Shown here piece after piece: positions 20,288-30,277 of a stretch of DNA of 64,000 nt (position 1 is the stretch's first letter; each line of letters begins with the position of its first letter). This DNA is from a virus (Duplodnaviria; Caudoviricetes): positions 1 to 64,000 of IMG/VR virus record IMGVR_UViG_3300021431_000089, one strand, 5' to 3'. A program made the translations under genes and the position numbers. The notes under the pieces were generated by a model. That model was not told the DNA's origin. It was given only the letters and a program-made list of their open reading frames with translations, and ran no database searches.

Positions 20288-20643
20288 TGGTTGAAACTCG
20301 TATGAACACCACGGTTAACAATGAGCTCGTCCATTCTTACTTTAAATCACTCGTTAACAGTATTTTTAAAGTACTCCCGATGTTCGAGAACGGCGAAAGC
20401 TCATTGCCAACTTATCTTGACAGCCTTCAGTCTGAATTGCTTGGGTGCGGTTCTTTCATCCCTGAATTAGAATCAGAGCCTCAGTTCCTGAGTCTCATTG
20501 CGATTCTCCAGTATATGATTGACCACCCCGAAGAGCCGGTTAAGAAAGTGCGCCGCGAAGTATTCAAGGCCATTTCTATCTGCAATCGACTGAAGACAAA
20601 GTATATGGAGGTTACCACCGATGAGCGCGTGGTCGGCTTATGA
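20287..20643 (+). CDS. Hypothetical virion morphogenesis protein
   Basis: TAATG translational coupling. Confidence 0.55.
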   Translation: MVETRMNTTVNNELVHSYFKSLVNSIFKVLPMFENGESSLPTYLDSLQSELLGCGSFIPELESEPQFLSLIAILQYMIDHPEEPVKKVRREVFKAISICNRLKTKYMEVTTDERVVGL

Positions 20644-21397
20644 AGCCAGAGCTGACGTTCACGGCAGAACTCGCAGGCAGACGGCTCTCCGCCGCGAGAT
20701 CCACGACCTTAACAAGAGGGTGCCGGACACACTCTCCTACCATCAGGTAGAAATGTTTGACTGCTTCCATGGTTACAACATTGATGACAGACAGGTGCAG
20801 TCCAAATACATGTTCGAACAGGACGTGGCTATTATTAACTCAGATAACTTAAACGAGAAGTACATTTTCTCATTACCCGGTGATGATATTCAGAACGGCT
20901 CGCTGGTTCATTGGATGGATCAGTATTGGCTTGTTACTGAACGCGACGCCAATACAACGGTATACACCAGAGCAAAGCTTTTACAGTGCAACTATCTGTT
21001 GAAGTGGGTGACAGCAGATAAGAACATTATTGAGCAGTGGTGTGTTGTAGAAGACGGAACCAAATATCTGACTGGCGAATATGAAGCTCGCGACTTCTCT
21101 ACAACTCGTGGTGACTCACGTATTGCAATTACTATTGCAAAGAATGATGAGACATCACGTCTCGGTCGTATGACGAGATTCTTGATCGACGACCCGTTAT
21201 CTCCAGTTAAGTTAGCATATACATTATCGAAGCCGCTTAAATTCAACGGCATTTATGCCGGTGAAGGTGCATTTAAGTGGGTTCTTCAGGAAGTCCAGAC
21301 GACGCCTGAAGACAATCAGGATCTTATGATCGCTGACTATTATAAGTACTTCCCGAAAGATACTCCGGTTACACCGGCGGAAGGAGTGTGGTTATAA
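20621..21397 (+). CDS. Probable head closure/neck protein
   Basis: GGAGG RBS; beta-rich; gene order. Confidence 0.5.
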   Translation: MSAWSAYEARADVHGRTRRQTALRREIHDLNKRVPDTLSYHQVEMFDCFHGYNIDDRQVQSKYMFEQDVAIINSDNLNEKYIFSLPGDDIQNGSLVHWMDQYWLVTERDANTTVYTRAKLLQCNYLLKWVTADKNIIEQWCVVEDGTKYLTGEYEARDFSTTRGDSRIAITIAKNDETSRLGRMTRFLIDDPLSPVKLAYTLSKPLKFNGIYAGEGAFKWVLQEVQTTPEDNQDLMIADYYKYFPKDTPVTPAEGVWL

Positions 21398-21912
21398 TGG
21401 CACAGCTTGCAGATTACTTCGATTATAAGAACAGGCTTATGCGTGACCTGCTCACAGATAGTGAGATCGTTAAGTTGCTTAATGACTCTGTGCCTGTTGA
21501 GGATGGAAAGTCACTTATGTATACGCAGGTCTTCCCTTATGAATATATTCCAGAAACAACGGAGCGCGGATTGACTTACATCTGTGCGGACGTAGATATC
21601 TACGCCGCAGACAGCAAGACATTCTTGACTCCTGTTTTGTATATTTGGGTATTCGCGCATAGGTCGCAGATGCGTCTCCCCGAGGGTGGTGTCCGGGTAG
21701 ATGCTTTATGCAACAAGATTTGCGAGAAGATCAATGGCAGTAGGTTCTACGGCCTTGGCCCGCTCGAAATCTATGGTTGCAAACGGTTCGCACCGCAGAC
21801 CGATCACATCGGAAAAATTTTGATCTTCCACACGAATGAAGTAAACAAGTTCCGTGATCCTAAGCGGAAGATTCCGACCAACAGAAAAGAGTCAGTATAT
21901 GCCGACTCGTAA
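21397..21912 (+). CDS. Probable tail terminator/completion protein
   Basis: TAATG coupling; VFPYEYIP motif; gene order. Confidence 0.5.
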   Translation: MAQLADYFDYKNRLMRDLLTDSEIVKLLNDSVPVEDGKSLMYTQVFPYEYIPETTERGLTYICADVDIYAADSKTFLTPVLYIWVFAHRSQMRLPEGGVRVDALCNKICEKINGSRFYGLGPLEIYGCKRFAPQTDHIGKILIFHTNEVNKFRDPKRKIPTNRKESVYADS

Positions 21913-22627
21913 TATACTATACGCCAGACAGTTGCCAGTCAATGACAAGATCAGTGTGGTCATTCCGACAGTCCGTGAAATCCTAAGCGACGAGGATAGT
22001 TATTACGGACTGATCTCCATGTTAACGGCTATGCCGATTGACTACATGGTGCTCTTGGATGATATGGGGTTAGACTTTTCAGAAATGAATGCCTACGATT
22101 TATTTCTTCTCCTCTTCCCTGTCATCCAGAGTCAGGATGTTTCCATGGTCTTTGGAAATTTGAGTCTCGAGCATTTTACTCGGATGGTCAATGAGCAGAA
22201 CGGTTTAACCGTTCTTGTCGACCCTGTCAACGACATCGTTATCGACCGTGCTGTACATGGTCAGATTCAAGCGGCGTTACGTAAAATACACCACCTAGAA
22301 AAAAATATTAAGCGGCCAGGCAATGATGCCGCAAAGGAATATATGCTTGAAAGAGCCCGCGTTAAACAGAAACGTCGGCGTAACAAGCAGCAAGACTCGG
22401 CACTCGAGTCAATGATTATTGCAATGGTGAACACTGAACAATTCAAATACGATTACGGCAGTGTCTTAGATCTGTCGATTTATCAGTTTAACGAAAGTGT
22501 TCGTCAAGTTATTCGCAAAATTGATTTCGACAACCGCATGATCGGCGTCTACGCTGGTACGGTTGACGCATCAAAAGTCGATCCAGATGATCTCAAATGG
22601 ATCGGCCCAAGTGACAAACAAAAATAG
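21899..22627 (+). CDS. Hypothetical tail-region protein
   Basis: ORF between neck and tail tube genes. Confidence 0.55.
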   Translation: MPTRNILYARQLPVNDKISVVIPTVREILSDEDSYYGLISMLTAMPIDYMVLLDDMGLDFSEMNAYDLFLLLFPVIQSQDVSMVFGNLSLEHFTRMVNEQNGLTVLVDPVNDIVIDRAVHGQIQAALRKIHHLEKNIKRPGNDAAKEYMLERARVKQKRRRNKQQDSALESMIIAMVNTEQFKYDYGSVLDLSIYQFNESVRQVIRKIDFDNRMIGVYAGTVDASKVDPDDLKWIGPSDKQK

Positions 22628-22641
22628 GAGGATGAAACTTA

Positions 22642-23424
22642 ATGAAAGATCTCATCATTACCTCTCTCGAGACAATCACAGCATTTGATCCTGCATCCGG
22701 AGCATATCTTTTTACTCTCGACGAACTTCAGAATGCGTCCATCGCAAACACTGAAGAAAAAGTCGACATTACTGGTAAGCAGGGTCGTAAGCTGAGCTCC
22801 CTGAAGAGAAACAAGGGCGTTACAATCAGTGGCGCTAACGGTCTGCTGTCCGGCGGCCTGATGGAACTCCAGTCTGGTGGTACATTCGAGAACAAGGCTA
22901 CTAACGTTATGTGGGCAGACTATCTGTCCGTTTCTGGAAACAAGGCTACAACTTCCTTTAAGGCAGTTGGAACAGCTGGCGCAGAAATTAAAGGCCTGTA
23001 CGTCAGAAATGCTGATGGTACACTGGGCGATGAACTGACTCAGGCAGACACAGCAGCTGCTGGCAAGTTCGCATACGCTCCGGCGACCAAAACTCTGACA
23101 TTCAACAGTCTGGCAGACGGAACAGAAATCGTAGCTTACTACGAAAGAAAGATCACTGCTGACGTTCTGGTTAACGAATCCGATAAGTATTCCAAGAAGG
23201 CTATGCTCTACATCGATGCAATCGGTGAAGACAGATGCGCTAACGTCTACAGAATTCAGTTCTTCGTTCCGAAGGCTGACTTCAACGGCGAATACTCTAT
23301 CGACCTCGGTGATGACCAGGTTGTTCAGAACTTCGAAGCAGAAGCTCTCGCAGGCGCTTGTGGTGTTGCAGGCGTCCTGTGGACATACACTGTATTCGGT
23401 GAAAACGCTGAAGACGCTGAATAA
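22642..23424 (+). CDS. Major tail (tube) protein
   Basis: 260 aa, high-expression codon bias, AGGAGG RBS, gene order. Confidence 0.7.
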   Translation: MKDLIITSLETITAFDPASGAYLFTLDELQNASIANTEEKVDITGKQGRKLSSLKRNKGVTISGANGLLSGGLMELQSGGTFENKATNVMWADYLSVSGNKATTSFKAVGTAGAEIKGLYVRNADGTLGDELTQADTAAAGKFAYAPATKTLTFNSLADGTEIVAYYERKITADVLVNESDKYSKKAMLYIDAIGEDRCANVYRIQFFVPKADFNGEYSIDLGDDQVVQNFEAEALAGACGVAGVLWTYTVFGENAEDAE

Positions 23425-23429
23425 GCGTT

Positions 23430-23696
23430 GTGGCAAAAGTAATTAAAATCTGCAAGGTCTGTGGTAAGGAGTATGAATACTGCCATACCAACAGACCTGC
23501 AGGTTTGTTTCGCTGGCAGGACGTCGCCTGCTCCCCGGAGTGTGGCAACGAATACTTTAGAAGGATTGCTATTTCAAGAGGCGAGCTCGTAGAAGAGCAG
23601 CCCAAGGCTGAATCCACTGAGGTACAGCCTGTCACGGATGTGGAAGCACCGAAAAAGAGAACAGCAAAACAGCGTAAAAGGAAAACCGAAGACTAA
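23430..23696 (+). CDS. Small Zn-binding protein
   Basis: CKVCGKEYEYC...CSPEC. Confidence 0.65.
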   Translation: MAKVIKICKVCGKEYEYCHTNRPAGLFRWQDVACSPECGNEYFRRIAISRGELVEEQPKAESTEVQPVTDVEAPKKRTAKQRKRKTED

Positions 23697-23700
23697 CTTC

Positions 23701-23730
23701 GAGCGTGTCAATGATGGCACGCTCTTTTTT
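23701..23730 (+). terminator. Intrinsic terminator
   Basis: GAGCGTGTCA/TGGCACGCTC stem plus T6. Confidence 0.75.
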
Positions 23731-23768
23731 ATTACCTAGAAATATTTGATTAATTAGGAGGAATACAA

Positions 23769-26012
23769 ATGCGAATTTTAATTTCAAAGAGAGACGGTGC
23801 TAAGCGGACGTTTGACAAAACGAAAATCGTCAATGCTGTCTTAGCCGCATTCGAAGACGTTGACGGCGAGGTGACAGAGTACGCTCGGACGAAAGCGGAA
23901 AACATCGCCAACTACATCGAAGAGGCTGTACAGAAAGCCGATCACGAATTCAACGTTGAGGAGATTCAGGATCTTGTTGAACATGGTCTGATGTCCTGCA
24001 AGCGTAAGGATGTGGCGAAGGCGTACATTAAGTATCGCTACGAACGTACACGTGTGCGTGAGTATAATACTGCGTTTATGCGTGAGGTTGCTCGTAAGCT
24101 TGACGCAAGCGATGTACAGAACCAGAACGCTAATGTCGACGAACATTCGTTTGGTGGCCGTATGGGTGAGGCGAATCGTGCTCTCACCAAGAAATTCGCA
24201 CTTGACAACTGCATGTCAGAAATGGCACGCAACAACCATATCAATAATTACATTTACATTCACGACTTAGATAGCTATGCCGTCGGAATGCATAATTGTC
24301 TGACGATTCCGTTTGACAAATTATTGGCTAATGGTTTTAACACACGACAGACGGACGTCCGTCCGGCAAACTCTGTCAACACTGCATTCCAGCTTGTGGC
24401 TGTAATCTTCCAGTTACAGTCCCTGCAGCAGTTCGGTGGAGTCTCTGCAAGTCATCTGGACTGGACAATGGTTCCGTATGTACGGAAGAGTTTCTATAAG
24501 CACTACAAAGATGGTGTGAAATATTTTACTGACGGGCAGGAATTTGTACTCGATGACGATCCTGCGAACGTATCAATAGAGGACGCCGTGTACTTTAAAT
24601 ATCCGAAGGCTTATCAGTACGCGATGGATCAGACACGCAAGGAGATCCATCAGGGTGTAGAGGGAATGTACCACAATCTGAATACGCTCCAATCGCGATC
24701 CGGTAATCAGCTGCCCTTCACATCTATCAACTATGGAACATGTACGCTGGCAGAGGGACGCATGGTAACCGAGGAAATCCTTAACGTCTCCATTGAAGGT
24801 CTCGGAAGACTTCATAAGACATCTATCTTCCCCTGCGGTATCTTCCAGTGCATGAAGGGTGTCAACCGCAAGCCGGGCGATCCGAACTACGATCTGTTCC
24901 AGCTTGCTCTCAAATCTACTGCGCAGCGTCTTTATCCGAACTATGCAAACGTAGACTGGTCTGGCAACGCCGGATATGATCCAAAAGATCCGTCGACTTA
25001 CTTCAGCACCATGGGATGCCGTACAGCAAACGGTTATGATATCAACCACGAACCGGGTGTCAACCCGCAAACAAAAGATGGCCGCGGTAATATCGCCCCT
25101 GTCACAATTCTCCTCCCCTTCCTTGCTATGGATGCAAAGGAGAGAGCCGAAGAGAACGGAACAGATATCGTCGAAGAGTTCATGAAGATCCTCGACCAGA
25201 AATTATTTGAAGCACGCGATATGTTGATCGAGCGCTTCAATTGGATCGCTGGCCAGTCTCCTGACTCTGCGAAGTTTATGTACGAGAACGGCACAATGAT
25301 GGGCTATCATCCTGAAGAAGGAATCCGTAGTGCGCTTAAGCATGGCACGCTTGCTGTTGGGCAGCTCGGTCTTGCTGAGACACTTCAGATTCTGATCGGA
25401 TGCGATCATACAACTGAAAGAGGTATGGAACTTGCTAAGCGTATCGAACAGCTTTACAAGGATCGCTGTGCGCAGTTCAAGCAGGAAGAGAAGCTCAACT
25501 TCGGCGTCTACTACACACCCGCCGAGAATCTTTGCTTTACAGCAATGCAGAAATTTAAGAAGAAGTACGGTGTCATCCCGAACGTTTCCGAGAATGAATT
25601 CTTCACAAATAGTATTCACGTCCCGGTTTGGATTGACATGAGTCCATTCGAAAAGATTGACATCGAATCTCAGCTTACAGGATATTCTTCAGCTGGATGT
25701 ATCACTTATGTTGAATTAGAGTCAAGCGCAAAGAATAATCTCAAGGCTCTGGAAGCAATTGTCAACTATGCGATGGATAAGGACATCCCCTACTTCGCAA
25801 TTAACGTACCGAATGATACGTGCCTCGACTGTGGATACACAGACGATATGAATGATGAATGTCCTATGTGCCATAGCAAACGAATTCAGCGTTTACGCAG
25901 AGTAACAGGCTATCTCACAGGAGACTACACAACCGCCTTCAATAAAGGAAAACAGCAGGAAGTTGAAATGCGGTTCAAGCACTCCAAGGATATTTACGAT
26001 TGGCACAGATGA
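23769..26012 (+). CDS. nrdD: Anaerobic (class III) ribonucleoside-triphosphate reductase
   Basis: N-terminal ATP cone (KRDG), YIHDLD, MGCRT, TPAENL, CxxC..CxxC, glycyl-radical RRVTGYL. Confidence 0.95.
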   Translation: MRILISKRDGAKRTFDKTKIVNAVLAAFEDVDGEVTEYARTKAENIANYIEEAVQKADHEFNVEEIQDLVEHGLMSCKRKDVAKAYIKYRYERTRVREYNTAFMREVARKLDASDVQNQNANVDEHSFGGRMGEANRALTKKFALDNCMSEMARNNHINNYIYIHDLDSYAVGMHNCLTIPFDKLLANGFNTRQTDVRPANSVNTAFQLVAVIFQLQSLQQFGGVSASHLDWTMVPYVRKSFYKHYKDGVKYFTDGQEFVLDDDPANVSIEDAVYFKYPKAYQYAMDQTRKEIHQGVEGMYHNLNTLQSRSGNQLPFTSINYGTCTLAEGRMVTEEILNVSIEGLGRLHKTSIFPCGIFQCMKGVNRKPGDPNYDLFQLALKSTAQRLYPNYANVDWSGNAGYDPKDPSTYFSTMGCRTANGYDINHEPGVNPQTKDGRGNIAPVTILLPFLAMDAKERAEENGTDIVEEFMKILDQKLFEARDMLIERFNWIAGQSPDSAKFMYENGTMMGYHPEEGIRSALKHGTLAVGQLGLAETLQILIGCDHTTERGMELAKRIEQLYKDRCAQFKQEEKLNFGVYYTPAENLCFTAMQKFKKKYGVIPNVSENEFFTNSIHVPVWIDMSPFEKIDIESQLTGYSSAGCITYVELESSAKNNLKALEAIVNYAMDKDIPYFAINVPNDTCLDCGYTDDMNDECPMCHSKRIQRLRRVTGYLTGDYTTAFNKGKQQEVEMRFKHSKDIYDWHR

Positions 26013-26569
26013 TGAACTACGCACATATTAAATTGTTTGATATGGCGGATGGTGTCGGCTGTCGAACCGCCCTATTTGTTTCAGGGTGCACGCATCACTG
26101 CAAGGGTTGTTTCAACAAAGAGGCTTGGTCTTTTGATTACGGTCTTCCCTTTACGACTGAGATACAGGACACGTTGATCAATAAATCAAACAAGTCTTTT
26201 ATTGACGGCATCACCATCCTCGGCGGCGAGCCGATGGAGCCACGCAATCAGGAGGCGCTCCTCCCCTTCTTGGAAAAGTTCCGTAAGAGATTGCCGGATA
26301 AGACAATCTGGATTTATTCCGGCTATACATGGGAGCAGCTTCACGACGTTTACTCGGTCGGACTTTACTCGGACACAACCGAGCAAATTCTGAACCTGAT
26401 TGACGTGCTGGTCGACGGCGAGTTCATTCTGGAGAAAAAGGATATCACACTGCGGTTCCGTGGATCTTCGAATCAGCGGATCATTGACGTCCCCGCCTCT
26501 ATCAAGAGCGGCGAGGCCGTTATCAGCGACTATCAGAAGAACGAGCGCCGTAGGGGCGCTGTAGTGTAA
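26000..26569 (+). CDS. nrdG: Class III RNR activase (radical SAM)
   Basis: LFVSGCTHHCKGCFN, LGGEP, DVLVDG, FRGSSNQR. Confidence 0.95.
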   Translation: MAQMMNYAHIKLFDMADGVGCRTALFVSGCTHHCKGCFNKEAWSFDYGLPFTTEIQDTLINKSNKSFIDGITILGGEPMEPRNQEALLPFLEKFRKRLPDKTIWIYSGYTWEQLHDVYSVGLYSDTTEQILNLIDVLVDGEFILEKKDITLRFRGSSNQRIIDVPASIKSGEAVISDYQKNERRRGAVV

Positions 26570-26952
26570 TGCCTTTTAAATTTTATAATGCAAATCCTGA
26601 CAATCGTCTGGTCATTGATTGTACAGTCAGGGGTATCAGTAAAGTGACCGGACAAAGCTGGGAGACGACTTATATCGGATTGGCAAGCAAGGGATTCGAC
26701 ATGCATGACATGCCGAACTCAAATGCGGTCTGGGGCGCGTACATGCGCGAACTCGGATATACACGCCAGCCGATCCCTAACACGTGCCCAGATTGTTATT
26801 CAGTTTACGAGTTCTGCGAGGATCATCCTCGCGGGACTTTTTTATTGGCAACCGGAGATCATGTCGTCGCTGTAGTCGATGGCTACTACTATGACACATT
26901 CGATTCCGGTGACGCCATACCTATTTATTATTGGTATAAAAATGACAAATAA
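26569..26952 (+). CDS. Hypothetical protein with a papain-like Cys/His/Asp arrangement
   Basis: DCTVRGIS...HVVAVVDG..YDTFDSG. Confidence 0.55.
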   Translation: MPFKFYNANPDNRLVIDCTVRGISKVTGQSWETTYIGLASKGFDMHDMPNSNAVWGAYMRELGYTRQPIPNTCPDCYSVYEFCEDHPRGTFLLATGDHVVAVVDGYYYDTFDSGDAIPIYYWYKNDK

Positions 26953-26968
26953 AAGATAGAGGAGGACT

Positions 26969-28288
26969 ATGAAAGTTACTACACGCGAAGTTAAGTTTCG
27001 CGACCCTAACGGGCGGATGGTGAGCTCGCTCGTTATTGGCAATGGATCACTCCATGACGAAGTCGCTGACTACCTGGATAATAATCCAGAGCCAGTAGCC
27101 ACAGCGACAGGAGAATGGCTCACCGAAAATATTACACAGCCCACTACGCCTGTGGTGGACACATCATTAAAAATATCTGGCGCCGCTGCAGATTCTAAAA
27201 CAGTCGGGGATGAGTTAGATGAGTTGAAGAGCGAAATAAGTTCTAAAACAGGACTGTCAGAAGATTTTAAAGTTGCGCTTGATGCGTTCATGACAGCGAT
27301 GCTATCACTCGCTGATAATGTTGCTTATGACGACAATATAAATGGTGATGTAATTTACACTCAAATCGAAACTGCAAAAAATGATGTCCATAGCGCAATG
27401 TATCCACCTGCCAGTCTGACAAGGATCACAGCAGATTATAGACAAAGCGGAGATGTTTATGATACTGCAACGCTTAATAGTCTGAAGTCTGATCTTGTTG
27501 TTATAGCGATTTACGATAGCGGAACACGCGAGACGGTTACTAACTATGCACTTAGCGGAACGCTGACAGAAGGAACTAGCACAATTACTGTTTCGTATGG
27601 TGGCAAAACAACCACATTTAATGTCATTGTTTCTGCATCTCCTTTAGAGCCTGTTGCAGGTGCATATGCTATTTGGGACGCAAGAGATTACACAGTAGGG
27701 CAGACATGGTCTGACAGAATTGGTAGTATCGCATTGACTCCTACAGGAAGTCCGGTAAAAGCCAACGGAGCGGTACAGTTCGATGGCACTGCTAAATACT
27801 TTAGCTTTGGGTCATTATCTGTGCCGACAGCGAGTGGTGTTGTCTGCATTCAAGCATCTTTTAAACTGACTGATCTCACAAAGACATCGTTTATTGTTTG
27901 CGATGATGTTGCCGAAAATGCAAAGATTAACATCGCTCTCCGACCACAGGATGGAGTAATTAGAATACAGTTCTTTGGCGGCAATAGGGCACAAACAATT
28001 AACTACAGTTACACATTTGATAGTGACTGGCATTTCTTAACCGCAAAATTAGGTGAAGGAACTAAGATTGTGTATGTTGACAATACAATGATTGAGAGCA
28101 AAACCGATTCTACAAACACTAGCATTGCACAAATGCTGAATTCTGCGACTGCATTAAAATCTGGGGCATATACGGTTTACAATGGATATTCAAATATGTA
28201 CCTTAGATCGCTTTATATCTATACAAAGTCATTAAGTGATGCGGACATAGCAAATAACTATAGCGTAGAAAGTACACTATGGGGTTAA
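26969..28288 (+). CDS. Ig-like + LamG/ConA-like lectin domain protein (cassette A, gene 1)
   Basis: DTSLKISGAAADSK motif; bacterial Ig-like SGTLTEGTSTITVSYGGKTTTFNV; LamG-like DSDWHF..IVYVDN..IYTKSLSDADIANNY. Confidence 0.7.
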   Translation: MKVTTREVKFRDPNGRMVSSLVIGNGSLHDEVADYLDNNPEPVATATGEWLTENITQPTTPVVDTSLKISGAAADSKTVGDELDELKSEISSKTGLSEDFKVALDAFMTAMLSLADNVAYDDNINGDVIYTQIETAKNDVHSAMYPPASLTRITADYRQSGDVYDTATLNSLKSDLVVIAIYDSGTRETVTNYALSGTLTEGTSTITVSYGGKTTTFNVIVSASPLEPVAGAYAIWDARDYTVGQTWSDRIGSIALTPTGSPVKANGAVQFDGTAKYFSFGSLSVPTASGVVCIQASFKLTDLTKTSFIVCDDVAENAKINIALRPQDGVIRIQFFGGNRAQTINYSYTFDSDWHFLTAKLGEGTKIVYVDNTMIESKTDSTNTSIAQMLNSATALKSGAYTVYNGYSNMYLRSLYIYTKSLSDADIANNYSVESTLWG

Positions 28289-28292
28289 TCTG

Positions 28293-29132
28293 ATGGCTAT
28301 TTACGATAAAAGCGGAAACACATTAAATGCCGTATATGACAGAGGTGGAAACGAACTCACTACTGCATATGACAGACCCGGAAATTTGATATACACAAAA
28401 GGAAGCGGCAGAGAACTCTTGTTTGAAGACGATTTCAACGACTTCGATTCGACAATGTGGATGCATGAAATCGGTAATGTCAGAAATTACGATTCGGAAT
28501 TACAGTGTTACCGTGCCGAAAATGTCAGTATTGAAAATTCCTGTCTTGTATTAACCGCAAAGCGTGAATCATATGGTGGAAAGGCATGGACGAGCGGATC
28601 GATTAGCGGACAGACATTGCAAGCATTTAAATACGGAAGATTTGAGGCGAAAATCAAGTTCCCTAATGTAGTCGGTGCATTCGGTGCGTTTTGGATGGCA
28701 GGTTCAAACTTTTGGAAGGAATATGTCGATGGTGGCAGACCTACAAACATGGGTGTTATATGGCCAGAATGCGGCGAAATTGATATAACAGAAACAATGC
28801 CCGGCAATGCTACAGTAGCGCAAGCGAACATGTGGACTTACACAGGATCGTCAATGGGCGGTGGAAGAAGCACAAGCATAGTATCTTCTGACTGGCATAT
28901 ATATGCGTGTGAGTGGACAAGCGAGTACGTTGCTATATTGCTTGACGGTACAGAGTACAAGCGGTGGACATTCTCGGATTATGATGCTTCAGCTGTGCAA
29001 GCGTATCATCTGCCGTTCTATATGATTCTTAACTTGGCGGTTGGGGCAAGTGGGGGAACTCCTGCAAGTACAACAAACGAAATGAAGATGTATGTTGATT
29101 GGGTCAGAGTGTATGCGCCGTTAACTAACTAA
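28293..29132 (+). CDS. GH16 glycoside hydrolase with N-terminal YDxxG repeats (cassette A, gene 2)
   Basis: FEDDF, FKYGRFEAKIK, AFWM, WPECGEIDITE (ExDxxE), NLAVG, MYVDWVRVY. Confidence 0.9.
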   Translation: MAIYDKSGNTLNAVYDRGGNELTTAYDRPGNLIYTKGSGRELLFEDDFNDFDSTMWMHEIGNVRNYDSELQCYRAENVSIENSCLVLTAKRESYGGKAWTSGSISGQTLQAFKYGRFEAKIKFPNVVGAFGAFWMAGSNFWKEYVDGGRPTNMGVIWPECGEIDITETMPGNATVAQANMWTYTGSSMGGGRSTSIVSSDWHIYACEWTSEYVAILLDGTEYKRWTFSDYDASAVQAYHLPFYMILNLAVGASGGTPASTTNEMKMYVDWVRVYAPLTN

Positions 29133-29171
29133 AAGGAAACTCTAAATCCAAAATAAAAGCCATCAGTTAAC

Positions 29172-29203
29172 GGGTGGTAGTTGACCACTATCACCCTTTA
29201 TTT
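29172..29203 (+). terminator. Intrinsic terminator
   Basis: GGGTGGTAG/CTATCACCC stem followed by TTTATTT. Confidence 0.6.
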
Positions 29204-29218
29204 CCTTCTCATTCTCTT

Positions 29219-29253
29219 TTGAATGTATACACAAATGTGCTATAATGTGTATA
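29219..29253 (+). promoter_or_regulatory. SigA promoter with inverted-repeat operator
   Basis: TTGAAT-16-TATAAT with extended TG; TATACACA (29226-33) / TGTGTATA (29246-53) inverted repeat. Confidence 0.7.
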
Positions 29254-29402
29254 TGAAAGAAAAACAGATACATATTAGAGCAGATGATGAGTTTATGCGG
29301 AAACTTGAGTATCTGATGAGGATCAACAAATTTAAGTCCTTGTCAGAGACCATCCGCAGAATCATCGAAAAGGAGTACAGGAAGGAGAAAGACGATGGTT
29401 GA
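29253..29402 (+). CDS. Ribbon-helix-helix (CopG-like) regulator, 49 aa
   Basis: MKEKQIHIRADDEFMRKLEYL...SLSETIRRII; below the ORF-track size cutoff. Confidence 0.75.
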   Translation: MKEKQIHIRADDEFMRKLEYLMRINKFKSLSETIRRIIEKEYRKEKDDG

Positions 29403-29712
29403 ATTTATTGAGAAGGAAGTGTTGCTTGAAAAGATTCAGAAGTTACTAGATCAGCCAACTTTTATGCATGACAACGATGATTGGGAGAGCGGTGTTACTG
29501 CGGTGGAAACATTGATAGAATCCGCCACATCGTATAACTTTGATGAGGCGGGAAAGTTTCTGCGTTGTACAGTGTATGAAGACGAAAACAAGAAATCTGA
29601 ATCAGTTCCGGTTGACTTCATGCGTGAATACATTCAGCGAGACTGCATGAGTATTCATGACATATCTGTCATCAGTCAGATGTATGAAGCCTATAAACAT
29701 AAGTTTCAATGA
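29395..29712 (+). CDS. Hypothetical protein
   Basis: AAGGAG RBS; overlaps the RHH gene end. Confidence 0.65.
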   Translation: MVEFIEKEVLLEKIQKLLDQPTFMHDNDDWESGVTAVETLIESATSYNFDEAGKFLRCTVYEDENKKSESVPVDFMREYIQRDCMSIHDISVISQMYEAYKHKFQ

Positions 29713-29721
29713 GGGAAAAGA

Positions 29722-29901
29722 ATGGATGATTTCGAATTTATTGCAAGGTACGATATTGCGGAAACAAAAAAGCAGAAGTTCATGTGTTGGCTCGCAAAAA
29801 TTCTTGGAGCGCATTATGTCACAGCTATCGGCAGAATCATGCTACTGCCAGATGACTATCACATGCTTGCTGATGTTTATGGGGTTTCAATCCCATGGTG
29901 A
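29722..29901 (+). CDS. Hypothetical protein, 59 aa
   Basis: GAGGG RBS; MDDFEFIARY...; fills the gap between neighbours. Confidence 0.5.
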   Translation: MDDFEFIARYDIAETKKQKFMCWLAKILGAHYVTAIGRIMLLPDDYHMLADVYGVSIPW

Positions 29902-29916
29902 TCGGAGGAGAAAATC

Positions 29917-30126
29917 ATGAAGTGGATTTATTTAGAAGACGCAGAGCCGCAGAAACGTGAAAAGTATCTCTGCTGTTATCAAAGTGGATACGTTTGCACG
30001 GGCAACTATCTCGGAAATGGACTTTGGAAAATGAACGGCAAGTATTCCAAAAAGCCGTATGCTTGGATGGAACTGCCGAAACCTGCGGAAGCCAGACCGA
30101 TTGATTTGAGGAAGTTCGCAGAATGA
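29917..30126 (+). CDS. DUF551-like small phage protein
   Basis: MKWI...P start and AWMELPKP end; GGAGGAG RBS. Confidence 0.65.
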   Translation: MKWIYLEDAEPQKREKYLCCYQSGYVCTGNYLGNGLWKMNGKYSKKPYAWMELPKPAEARPIDLRKFAE

Positions 30127-30257
30127 AATTCAACGAGCTATCAACAATTCAGAAATTCGGATATGCAAGACATAACTTACTATGGTACATTCACGATGCA
30201 TTCCCAACTAGGCACTTCAAACATGGCAAGCACAAGAGGCTGAGGAAGGCACGTTAA
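30123..30257 (+). CDS. Small basic protein, 44 aa
   Basis: ATGA coupling; MKFNELSTIQKF... Confidence 0.45.
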   Translation: MKFNELSTIQKFGYARHNLLWYIHDAFPTRHFKHGKHKRLRKAR

Positions 30258-30277
30258 CTGCTGTAAAGGGGTACGAA

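Noticed and set aside
22639-23436. 265-aa antisense ORF over the tail tube gene
   Set aside because: Mirrors the sense gene almost exactly; same codon-bias artefact.
23769-26012. Intron or intein in nrdD (also considered for terL and the RNAP)
   Set aside because: The ORFs are continuous, of normal length, and show no splicing or homing-endonuclease motifs.
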